64,000 nucleotides of DNA from an uncultured Gemmataceae bacterium. Lineage in GTDB: Bacteria; Planctomycetota; Planctomycetia; Gemmatales; Gemmataceae. Both the position numbers and the translations under genes were made by a program. Under the pieces are notes generated by a model. That model had not been told where the DNA came from and ran no database searches. It saw only the letters and a list, made by a program, of their open reading frames with translations. The stretch lies in the NCBI GenBank assembly GCA_963750165.1, contig CAVVPN010000004.1, positions 352,001-416,000 on the forward strand, read 5' to 3'. Of the stretch, positions 1 through 9,486 are shown piece by piece. The stretch's first letter is position 1. The number at the start of each line of letters is the position of its first letter.

Positions 1-318
1 GCCACCATTACCGAGAAGCGCTATCAGGTGGCGGTGCTGCGCGACCTGTTCGGCAATCCGTTTCACGCCGTTCCCCCCGCGGAAGACAGGAAAGCGTGGG
101 CCCGCAAGCAGCGACAGTGGCTGGCCTGGAACGAGGGCTGTGTCCCGAAGCTGGCACGCACCATCTACGACGAGCGCTGCATTGAGCGCCTGCCCATCCT
201 CGCGGACGCCCTGGAAGAAGCGGGCTGTTCGCAGCCCGAACTCCTCGCGCACTGTCGCGGTCCCGGGCCGCATGGTCGTGGCTGTTGGGTGGTGGATCTC
301 CTTTTGGGGATGGCGTAA
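1..318 (+). CDS. 3' end of a Gemmataceae-expanded hypothetical protein (5'-truncated by window edge)
   Basis: Frame open from base 1; C-terminal signature LRDLFGNPF...LPILADALEEAGC...HCRGPGPHGRGCWVVDLLLG. Confidence 0.75.
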   Translation, partial: ATITEKRYQVAVLRDLFGNPFHAVPPAEDRKAWARKQRQWLAWNEGCVPKLARTIYDERCIERLPILADALEEAGCSQPELLAHCRGPGPHGRGCWVVDLLLGMA

Positions 319-409
319 CGGTCATCCGACCGCCTGGGAATTGTACGAGCGTCGCGGGCATTGGGGTTGTGGGTAGGGAGCGGGCGCGGCCCCTGGGGCT
401 GGCAGGGGT

Positions 410-449
410 GTCGGTGAAATGAGATGAAACGCAAGCCCTCCCTGGCACT
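410..449 (-). repeat. Dispersed intergenic element copy A (17-bp core plus TTTCA/TCTCA pentamers)
   Basis: Minus strand AGTGCCAGGGAGGGCTT... aligns ungapped at 33/40 nt with 42703-42742 (+). Confidence 0.7.
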
Positions 450-566
450 ATCTTCATTGTACCGCCCAGCCCGCTCCCAGGGAACCGCCCCACCATCACG
501 GACGACTGGTCTGGACAATCCCTCACCTGGGCGGTATGTCCTCTGCCGCCAGAAAAGGAGGGGCTC

Positions 567-3500
567 GTGTCCACGAACCGTCCGTCGGCGTTCGCTCGCG
601 CCGTCTCCCGGTGCCGCTTCGTGCTGGCTCTGCTCGCCGCCCTGCTGCCGGCCGCCACCCACGCCCACGAAGTCCCCGATTATTTGCCGCGTTATGACCT
701 CGACATCAAGCTCGACTTGGCCGGCCACCTGGTCACCGTCACCGAGCGCGTGCAGTGGACCAATCCGCACCGCCTGCCCACCGACAAGCTCATCTTCAAC
801 GTCTCCTCCAACTACACGGTGGACCTTGACCAGATCGGCCTGCTTGCCAAGACGCTCGAAATCCTCCGCCTCGCCCCCAGCGACGCCCTTGACTTCGGGC
901 CGCCGCCGTTCCAGCTACAGAAGGCTACCCTCGCCGGCGGCTCGGCCCTGAAGCACCAGTTTCAGGCTGACAACAAGACCGCCCTGGAACTCCAGCTGCC
1001 CCACCCGGTCAACGCCGGCGACAGCGTCACGGTGGAGTTGCAGTTCACCGTGCGGTTGCCGCAAAAGCAGGGCCGCTGGGGTCAGTGGAACGGCATCACC
1101 TTCCTGGCGCAGTGGCTGCCGGTGGTCGCCTTCTACAACGACCAGGGCTGGCAACCGGCCCCGTTCATCCCCTGGCACCAGCCGTTCTTCAACGAGGCCG
1201 GCGTCTACACCGGCACCATCACACTGCCCGAAGGGCAGATCCTCGGCTCCACCAGTTTCTTCATGGAGGAGTGGAAGCAATCCGATGATCCAACTACCGG
1301 CATCCCCACCTACCCCCAGCGTCGGGTGCGCATCGCCCCGGTCGTGGCCCGCGATTTTTCGCTGTTCTGCTGCGACCGCTACCAGGAATACATCGGCTAC
1401 GCTGGCGACACGCGCGTCCGCGTGCTGACGCTGCCGGAACACGAGTTCTACGGCAAGGAAATGGTGCGCATCGCCTGCGAGGCCATCCCGATCTACGAAG
1501 ACTGGTTCGGCCCCTATCCGTACCCGCAACTGACCATCGTGGAAGCGCCGTTCGGCTGGAACGGCAACGAGTGCGGCGGCATCATCATGATCGACTCGCG
1601 CGTCTGCGGCTTCCCGTCGCTGGCGAAGCACTTCGTCGATAGCCTGTTGTCGCACGAGATTTGCCATCAGTGGTGGTACAACGTGGTCGGCACCAACGGC
1701 TACGCCGAGACCTGGATGGACGAGGGCCTGGCGGCCTACTTCGGCACCAAGATCATGGACGTGAAGCATGGCCGCAACAACCCGCTGCTGAACTACCCCG
1801 ACGCGCTCCAGTGGCTGCCGCAGATCTACCGCGACGACTACCGGCACACCATGCTGTGGGGCGTGATCCGCCGCGGCGAGCTGAGCCCGGTGGTGCAGCC
1901 GATGCCGAAGTTCGGCCACCTCATCAACCTGACCTCGATGACCTATGACCGCGGCTCCAAGGTCGTCGCCATGCTGGAGCAGCGCCTCGGCGAGCAGGCG
2001 TTCCTCAAGTTCATGCAGGGCATCTACAAAAAATACTACTTCCGCATCCTGCGCGTCGCCGACTTCCAGCGCGAGCTGGAGGCGTTCTCGAAGGCGCCGT
2101 GGGACGATTTTTTTCGTCACTGGCTGTACGGCACCGACATGGTGGACTGGGCGGTGGAGAAGGTGGAGCTGGAGCCGCTGGGCAAGCCGCACCGTGGCGG
2201 CCCGCAGCCGGCCGGCGGCTTCGTCGAGGCGCTGAAGCGCTTGGCCCCTGCGCCCGCCAGCCGCACCGCGTCATCGTCCACGTCCGCCAGAAGGGCACCT
2301 GTAACGAGCCAACGGTCGTGGGCTTCCACCTCAACGACAGCGAGGATTGTCAGGTGCGAGTGCCGATCACCGTGACCCCGGGCCTGCAACTCAAGGACGA
2401 TCAGATGTGCGTCCTGGGCGGCCAGGACGGGGAGGTGCGCATCGAGATTTTGCTGCCGAGCCGGCCGACGCAGGTGACCATCGACCCGGACCAGATCTTG
2501 ATGGACGGCAACCCGTTCAACAACACCTGGCAGCCGCGGCTGCGCACGCGCGTGACGCCGATGTACACCATGCTCGACGAGTCGGACCTGTCCAACCGCT
2601 ACGAGCGCTACAACGTCATCATCGGCCCGTGGCTGTACGGCTCGGCGTACAACGACCCGTGGTACACGCGCTCGGCGCTGGTGGGGCTGCGCCGGTCTGT
2701 ACCAGACGCAGAACTTTTACACGGGCGTCTTCCTGGCCTACCGCACCGACGACCGCAACCTCGTCGCCGGCGCCGACGGCATGATCGACCACTGGCCGTT
2801 CGCGCACACGCAGGTCGGCTTCAACTTCGAGCGCAGCCTGACCAGCCTCGACAACACCTGGGGCCAGAACAGCCGCGGTGCGCTGTACTTCCGCTACGTG
2901 ATGATGTACGGGGACAGCATGTACCTGCCGCCGTTCCAGTACGTTGAGGGCTTCGTCGGCGCCCAGGACCGCATCGTCCTGCCGCCGCGCAATCCGGCGC
3001 CGGAACTGCAGAACTACGAGCGCCAGACTTTCACGGGCGTCCACTACCATCAATATTTGCTGACGCCGTACTGGGACCCGGAAGGCGGCTTCGCGCTGGA
3101 CACGTCGTACATCGCGGGCCTGCCGATCCTGGGGGCGCTGCGCGGGTACAACCAGTTGAACGGCCAGTTTTCGTTCGTCAAGACGATGCCGGACTGGCTG
3201 GGCTGGACACGGAACGTGCCGGGGCTGAGCTGGTTCATGGACACGCGGCTGGCGATGCGGGCGTACGGGGCGGGGGCGCTGCCGGATACCGCGCCGCTGT
3301 TCCCGCTGGGCGGCGGCAACCTGTTCCGCGGCTTCGACGTGCAGCAGCGGCAGGGCAACCTGACGTGGGTGGGCAGCGCCGAGTGGCGCGTGCCGTTGTG
3401 GAAGGGGGTCGATTACGACTTCTGCGACCACGTGGGCACGGTCAAGAACATTTACGGCGCCGCGTTCTACGACGTGGGCAACTCGTACCTGGGCGGCCAC

Positions 3501-3659
3501 GAACTGGGCTCGACGGCCCACGCCTTCGGCGGCGGTCTGCGGGTGGACCTGGCGTGGTTCGGGCTGATCGAGCGGACGATGCTGCGCCTCGACGTGGCCA
3601 AGACGATCAACGCCAACTCGCCGTGGCAGTTCTGGCTGGCGTTCCAGCACCCATTCTGA
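567..3659 (+). CDS. M1-family (gluzincin) aminopeptidase fused to a C-terminal Omp85/BamA-like beta-barrel; two apparent frameshifts (~2241, ~2690)
   Basis: Signal peptide; HEICH-x18-E zinc motif; YDRG; ORFs 567-2375, 2099-2947 and 2781-3659 join into one protein; barrel motifs LFRGFD, FYDVG, GGGLRV and terminal Phe. Confidence 0.8.
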
Positions 3660-3671
3660 GGATTTCGTTCG

Positions 3672-3853
3672 GCCGCTTGCGGCTGAGCGGGTTCCCCTGT
3701 TTGCCGTCCCAATCCGGCCCCACGGCGGTCTGCGCCGCCGGCAACTGCTCGTCCCGCGGCGAGCAGGGGCAGCGCGTTGTTGACTATACTGGACATGGGG
3801 GCCTCCTGGGACGTTACGAATCGCTGCAACCGTCAAGTGAAGCCGCAAGCGGC
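3672..3853. repeat. 13-bp mini-hairpin motif AGCCGCAAGCGGC as an inverted pair (3672-3684, 3841-3853); third copy at 15391-15403
   Basis: Exact 13-mer matches, all intergenic. Confidence 0.55.
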
Positions 3854-3873
3854 GGACAGGAAGGAGATTGGCG

Positions 3874-4630
3874 ATGGGCGACGGCGACGCGCTTGCCATC
3901 ATGCTGGTCAACGTCAGCAAGCGCTTCGGCAACCGCCAGGTGCTGCGCGGCGTCAGCGCGCACATCCCCGCCGGCGCCACCGTGGCCCTGCTCGGCCCCA
4001 GTGGCGGCGGCAAATCCACCCTGTTGCGCTGTCTCAATGGGCTGACCGACTTCGATGACGGCGAAATCCGCGTCGGGCCGTACACCCTGAAGCCAGGCGC
4101 CCGCACCAACGCCGCGGTCATCCCGCAAGTGCGGCAGCAGTTCGGCATGGTGTTCCAGGATTTCCAGCTGTTCCCGCACCTGACCGCCCTGCAGAACGTC
4201 ATCGAAGCGCCGCTGCAGGTGCTGCGCTTGCCGCGCCGAGGCGGTCGAGCGCGGCCGACGGCTGTTGCAGCGCGTCGGTCTGGCGGAGCACGAACACGCC
4301 TGGCCGCAGCAGCTGTCCGGCGGCCAGAAGCAGCGCGTGGCCATCGCCCGCGCGTTGGCGATGCAACCGCGAGCGCTGCTGTGCGACGAGATCACCAGCG
4401 CCCTGGACCCGGAGCTGAAGCACGAGGTGCTCGGTGTGCTGGAAGACCTGAAGCGCGAGGGCCTGACGCTGGTAATGGTGACGCACGAGATCGGCTTCGC
4501 CCGCCGCGTCGCGGATCGCGTGCTGGTGCTGGCGGACGGCGCGATCATCGAGGAGGGGCCGGCGGCGCAGGTGATCGACGCGCCGCAAACTGCGCGGACG
4601 CAGGCGTTCATGGAGCGCGTGCTGGGCTGA
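3874..4630 (+). CDS. Polar amino-acid ABC transporter ATP-binding protein (GlnQ-like), apparent frameshift ~4235
   Basis: Walker A GPSGGGKST, Q-loop MVFQDF; LSGGQKQR, Walker B and VTHE lie in the shifted frame. Confidence 0.85.
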
Positions 4631-4770
4631 ACTGCGCGGCCGGCACGCGGAGCGAAACTGCGGGCATTGTTCGAGCGGATTCGCTGGGAGACGGGCGCCA
4701 CCTGGGGTAGTTAGCGCGGATCGCGCACGGGGTGGGACGGCGGCCACGGCTTGACCACCAGCGGCCTGCA

Positions 4771-4938
4771 TTGCCACAGCAAGGGGGCCAAGGAGGCCAA
4801 GGGGGCCAACTTTTTCATACGTCGAGATGCGACGCCCTGGCACCGTGCGGCTGGCACGGCGCGACAACCAACGGCGACGGTTGCCACAGCAAGGACGCCA
4901 AGAACGCCAAGAACGCCAACTTTTTCACACGTCGAGAT
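4771..4938 (+). repeat. Two 58-bp direct repeats (4771-4828, 4881-4938) with internal 9-bp units
   Basis: TTGCCACAGC-(AAGnnnGCC)x3-AACTTTTTCAYACGTCGAGAT twice, 110-bp period. Confidence 0.85.
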
Positions 4939-5009
4939 TTGGCGCCTGGCAGCGCCGTGCTTCCGTTCGTGGTCCACGCGACTGCGAACCGCGCTAAACG
5001 CCACAGGCG

Positions 5010-6002
5010 CTAGCCGAAGAACACCTCGGACCTTGGCGACTGAACGCCTTCCTGAGTCCGCAGCAACCACTGGGCCTTCTGTCGCAAGTCGTCCAGGTCG
5101 GCGCCCAGGCTGACGAGCACCTGAACCGCGTCGCCCTCCGGCTCCAGCAGCAGGGCCAGCAGCAAGTGGCCCTCGTCCGCGAGGGTACGACTGGCGCGCC
5201 CGGCCTCCTCTCGAGCGCCGGCCAGCACGCGCATGACCGCTGGCGTCCAGGGAATGGACTCCGTCAGGCGGACACTGGCCGCGGCCAGCGCCAGCCGCTT
5301 GACCTCGAAGCGCAGCCGGTCACGGTCGATGCCGCAATGCTGGAGGAAGTGCGTGGCCAGGTTGGCGCCGGACTCGCTCAGGCCGTAGAGCAGCAAGGCC
5401 GTGCCGAGGTGGTCCTGATGCAATCGGTTTGCCTCCTGGTTCGCCAGTTCCAGGATCCGGTGGACCGTGTCGGTGAACAGCCCGGCCGTGGCGGCGGTGG
5501 GGATGGGCACGAGGGGCGCGGCCGGGGGATCGTCTGCGGCGGGAGGCAGGACCAGGGGCGGCCGCTTGCGGTGGGCATGCACGGCCTCCACGAACTCCGG
5601 GGCCACGTCTACCAGCGTCACGGTGGTCGCCGTGGACTCCGCCACCCGGACCGCCGTGAAGCCCAGCACCACGTAGACAATCAGGTTCAGCAGGACCAGG
5701 CACGCGAGCCCCATGATACACAGGGCATAGACGACGAGCCAATTGTCCGGAATTTGCATGATGGTGAGCCACGCGCCGAACAAAAACCCCGCCACCGTCG
5801 CTCCCAGGCAGCAGTAGACCACCGCCGTGCGCCAGCGCCAGTGATCGTCGTGGCGCTGGCACAGCGGCGCCCGGACGACGCCCAGTTTCCGGCCGAACAT
5901 CGCCACCGGGTACAGGGCCGCGGCCGGCGCGCCGCAGCAGACGCACACCATCGGCAGGTCGCCGCGCGTCACCTCGTCGCGATACAATTCCACCTCGGCC
6001 AT
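5010..6002 (-). CDS. Membrane protein with N-terminal Cys motif, two TM helices and a C-terminal Clp N-terminal (repeat) domain
   Basis: CVCCG...PLCxxH; two hydrophobic helices; FTDTVHRILELANQEANRLHQDHLGTALLL and EGHLLLALL Clp_N repeats; purine-rich RBS before ATG 6002. Confidence 0.75.
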   Translation of the reverse strand: MAEVELYRDEVTRGDLPMVCVCCGAPAAALYPVAMFGRKLGVVRAPLCQRHDDHWRWRTAVVYCCLGATVAGFLFGAWLTIMQIPDNWLVVYALCIMGLACLVLLNLIVYVVLGFTAVRVAESTATTVTLVDVAPEFVEAVHAHRKRPPLVLPPAADDPPAAPLVPIPTAATAGLFTDTVHRILELANQEANRLHQDHLGTALLLYGLSESGANLATHFLQHCGIDRDRLRFEVKRLALAAASVRLTESIPWTPAVMRVLAGAREEAGRASRTLADEGHLLLALLLEPEGDAVQVLVSLGADLDDLRQKAQWLLRTQEGVQSPRSEVFFG

Positions 6003-6065
6003 GACCGCCTTCCTCGCCTCTTCGATTCCAATCACCAGCGACTATCCGGCGCAACCACCAGGATC

Positions 6066-6770
6066 TTATCGAGACCGATGCCGGCTGTCCTCCAGTTCCA
6101 GATCGTCAAAAGCCACCTCGACGGAAATGCTCTGACCGTTGAACGCGATGACCACCGTGGCTCGCAGCTGACTGAGGTGCAGGGATTGAATCTCACCACG
6201 GGCCCCGGCGTAGGGGCCGGAGAAGAGGGTGACGCGCTGGCCTGGCCGGTAGCGAGGCGCCGGCGGAGCGGGCATTCCCAGCACCATCAGGGAATGCTGC
6301 GGATCACGCAACGGATCCAGGTGCAAATCGGCCGGGCGGCGCGTCAGCCGCGAATCAACAGCCACGCAATGGCCCCGGTCGGCGTGGCGCTGGGCCAGCT
6401 CCAGCGTGCCGCAGTAAAACACTTTCTTCTTGCAGGACTCGCACACGCGCGTGAAGGGGTCGGCAGTCTGTTTGAGTTGCTCCCATTGTTTGGGGCACTC
6501 GAAGGCAAAGGTGGAACAGCCTTCGACGGCCGTGTTATCGACGCGGGCCAACCAGGCGGGGTCCACGGTCGAGCGCAGCGCTCGCAGGCGTGCCAGGAGT
6601 CGCCGGACCTGCCGCCCCTTTGCCGGCAAGCGCGTGAGCTTGCTCTCGATGCGGAGCAGTTCGCCACGCGGGTCGCCACGCTCCTCCAGCCAGTCCGCGT
6701 AAACCTGGCGAAGATCGTCGTCATGCGGCTGCGCACACAATGCTTCCAGGAACGGAGTTTCTTCGTCCAC
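6066..6770 (-). CDS. TIGR02996 domain protein with Cys-rich middle domain and C-terminal NusG-like KOW domain
   Basis: FLEALCAQPHDDDLRQVYADWLEERGDPRGE; CPKQW...CESC...YC...HC; PGQRVTLFSGPYAGARGEI; GTG start inferred. Confidence 0.8.
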   Translation of the reverse strand: MDEETPFLEALCAQPHDDDLRQVYADWLEERGDPRGELLRIESKLTRLPAKGRQVRRLLARLRALRSTVDPAWLARVDNTAVEGCSTFAFECPKQWEQLKQTADPFTRVCESCKKKVFYCGTLELAQRHADRGHCVAVDSRLTRRPADLHLDPLRDPQHSLMVLGMPAPPAPRYRPGQRVTLFSGPYAGARGEIQSLHLSQLRATVVIAFNGQSISVEVAFDDLELEDSRHRSR

Positions 6771-6872
6771 GGGTGTTTCCCCTGCAATGTTGGATGGGTT
6801 CGCCACCATCGGATAGGACGAGCACACCGGCGTCAGGGTTCGCCTGGAGAAGCGTTGGGGGCGCGGCAACGC

Positions 6873-9482
6873 TCAGGGGCCGCCGGGCTTCCGCCAGGCC
6901 AACCGCGCCAGCGCCGCCAGCGTTTCCTCGGTCTCCCGCGCCCCCGGCGCCCCGGCGGCCAGCTCCTTCAGGACGGCCCGCGCTTCGGGTGAGCCGATCC
7001 GCTCCAGCACCAGCACGCCGCGCAACGTCCGCAGCGTCTCGCCGGCATTCGCTGCGTGTTTGCCCAGCAGGCGCTCGATGTGCCGCACAGCCTCGGGGGA
7101 TTTGGTGAGCGGCAGCGCCTGGCGCAGCGCCCGCTCGGCCTGCGGCGTGACCGCCAGCAACGCCTTGACGGCGGCGGCGCGCACCGCGGCCTGCTCGCTG
7201 CTCAGGTCGGCGATCCACTGCTGAATCTTGCCAGCCTCCACGACGGCGAGCGGTTTGAGGCGCGCACGCAGCAGCGGCACGGCCTGGGTCGGCGCCGCGG
7301 CCAGCGCTCCGGCGGCCTGGTACGCCCTGGCCGCGTCGTCGCCGATCAGTTCGGCCCAGCGTGCCTCCAGTTCCTCCTTGTCGAGCTTTGGCGCCGCCGG
7401 CCGGGCCAGGGCCTTGCGCACGTCCCAGACCAGGATGGTGCTATCGTCCAGCCCGGCGGCCAGAAACGCCGCGTCCGGCGACAGGGCCAGGCTCGTCACC
7501 TCCGACCGCAAGTCGCCGAAGCGGGCCAACTCCTTGCCGGTGCCCGTATCCCACAGCCGGACGCTGGGGGTCGCCTGTTTCGGGTTGCCGGACGAACGTT
7601 TCAGGCTGTCTCCCGTGGCCAGGAAGCGGCCGTCCGCCGACCAGGCCAGGGCGCTGACGGGCAGGTCGTGACCCTTCAGCAGCGGCAGCGATTGGCCTGA
7701 CAGGACTTCCACCGGCCGCACGTAACAGTCCCACGATCGCTTCGGACACAACGCCAGCACCCGGCCGTCGGGGGAAAGTTGCAGCGCGTCCAGGAACAAC
7801 TCGTTCTCCTTGCCGTGGGTCAGCCGCTCCTGTTCGGTCGTCACATCGTAGAGGAAGATTTCGTCCAGGCCGCACACCACTGCGGTACGGCCGTCGGCGG
7901 CCAGCGCGGAATGCTCCGGCTGGTTCGCCCGCCGCGCCAGTTTCCGCACCGTTTCCGCGCCAGTGGCCAGGTTCCAGTACCGCAGCAGGAACGGCCGGCG
8001 ATTGCGGTCCCCCTCCACGGTGAACAGCGTCTGGTCGTCCAGGGAGAACACGGGCTGGTGGAACGCCGTCTTGCCGAACCCGGCCGGCGCCTGGTCTTTT
8101 TCAGGCACTTCCAGCACCCGGGTTACCTTGCCGGCGGCCACATCCACCAGGTGAACGGTGCGCTTGACGACCGCGGCCAGTTGCTTGCCGTCATGGGAAA
8201 CGCTGAACGTGCCCGAACCTGCGCCGGTCGGCAGGGTTCGCGTCTGCTTCCAGGTCGCCGTTTCCCACACCCGGATCGGCTCGGTTTCGCTGCCGGAAAA
8301 CAGCGCCTTGCCGTCCGGCGAGAAGGCGAGGCCGGTGACCGGAGAGGTGTGGCCCTGAAACTCGGTGAACCGCTCCTTGCCGCTGGTCACATCCCAGAGG
8401 CGCACCGCGGGGACGGCGGTGCCGAGGGCCACCGTCTTGCCGTCCGGGGACAGTGCCAGGGCGACATCGCGCCGGAAACCACTGGTGTACGGGTAAACGC
8501 CGTCGATGGTGCGGACCACTTCAGCGCTGGCCACGTCCCACACGCGAATTTTGCCCTCGCGCGTGCCAACCACCAACGTCTTGCCATCCGGGGTGAATGC
8601 CAACCCGACGGGCTGCGACCGGAAGGTATCGCGGAGGTCGTCCACGAAGCGGTCGCGCTCCTTGCCTGTCGCCGGGTCGGTCAGGAGGATTTGATTGTAG
8701 GTGCCCCAGGCGACCGTCTTGCCGTCCGCGGTGAAGGCGATGGCTGTAACGGGCATCGTTTTCGTGTTATTGAGGCGGTGGAGCTTCTTCCCGGAAGCGA
8801 TGTCCCACAGTTCCAGGGCGTAGCTGCTTTCCCGGTTCGCCATGCGGACGCCCGCCGCCAGGAGGCTGCCGTCGGGGGAGAGGGCGAGGCTGGTGAACGA
8901 GCGCTTTTCCTTATCGGTCAAGGTGGAGAGCCTGGCGGTGCGCAGGTCCAGCACCTGCATCTTGCCGTCCTGCGCCGCCAGGGCGATGTGGTTGCCGTCC
9001 GCGGAAAAGCGAAAAATGCCGCGGCGGCCCATGCCGGGGGGCACGGGCAATTCCTTGCCGGTGGTGAGGTCCCAGAAGTAGGTGGCGAACCCTCCCCGGC
9101 CGCGGCCGGACTCCTGGGCGATGGCAATTCCCCCGTCCGGAGAAACCGCCCCCTGGTCGGCGTACATGATCCCGCCGCCCTTCACGATCGGACCCGCCAC
9201 CCGGCGCAGCTCCTTGCCGGTGGCCGCGTCCCAGACGATGACGCCGGCACTGGTGTAGCCCACCAGTTTCTTGCCGTCAGCGCTGAACGCCAGCAAGGCA
9301 GCGCCGCCCTCGTGACGGAAGCGCACTGTGCCCAGACGGGCCGCGACGCCAGGCGGGAACGGGTCGCCGTACTGATCCAGCCGTGGCTTGTTGCCCTGCT
9401 GGGCGGACAGTCGCGCGGGGTGGTTTGTCAGCAGCCACGCCACCAGCAGCGCGGCGGCCACGAGGCGTTTCGTCAGCGTCAT
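6873..9482 (-). CDS. Secreted WD40 repeat protein with C-terminal HEAT-like helical domain (paralog 1)
   Basis: Signal peptide, DQYGDPFPPGVAARLGTVRFRH leader, many FSPDGK...WD repeats. Confidence 0.9.
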   Translation of the reverse strand: MTLTKRLVAAALLVAWLLTNHPARLSAQQGNKPRLDQYGDPFPPGVAARLGTVRFRHEGGAALLAFSADGKKLVGYTSAGVIVWDAATGKELRRVAGPIVKGGGIMYADQGAVSPDGGIAIAQESGRGRGGFATYFWDLTTGKELPVPPGMGRRGIFRFSADGNHIALAAQDGKMQVLDLRTARLSTLTDKEKRSFTSLALSPDGSLLAAGVRMANRESSYALELWDIASGKKLHRLNNTKTMPVTAIAFTADGKTVAWGTYNQILLTDPATGKERDRFVDDLRDTFRSQPVGLAFTPDGKTLVVGTREGKIRVWDVASAEVVRTIDGVYPYTSGFRRDVALALSPDGKTVALGTAVPAVRLWDVTSGKERFTEFQGHTSPVTGLAFSPDGKALFSGSETEPIRVWETATWKQTRTLPTGAGSGTFSVSHDGKQLAAVVKRTVHLVDVAAGKVTRVLEVPEKDQAPAGFGKTAFHQPVFSLDDQTLFTVEGDRNRRPFLLRYWNLATGAETVRKLARRANQPEHSALAADGRTAVVCGLDEIFLYDVTTEQERLTHGKENELFLDALQLSPDGRVLALCPKRSWDCYVRPVEVLSGQSLPLLKGHDLPVSALAWSADGRFLATGDSLKRSSGNPKQATPSVRLWDTGTGKELARFGDLRSEVTSLALSPDAAFLAAGLDDSTILVWDVRKALARPAAPKLDKEELEARWAELIGDDAARAYQAAGALAAAPTQAVPLLRARLKPLAVVEAGKIQQWIADLSSEQAAVRAAAVKALLAVTPQAERALRQALPLTKSPEAVRHIERLLGKHAANAGETLRTLRGVLVLERIGSPEARAVLKELAAGAPGARETEETLAALARLAWRKPGGP

Positions 9483-9486
9483 GATG

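Noticed and set aside
3874..4630. ATPase forming a dedicated system with the peptidase-Omp85 fusion
   Set aside because: It is separated by ~215 bp, looks like a typical GlnQ-like protein and has no permease nearby, so linkage is unsupported.
4771..4938. Possible CRISPR array
   Set aside because: Only two 58-bp units, internally repetitive, and no cas genes.
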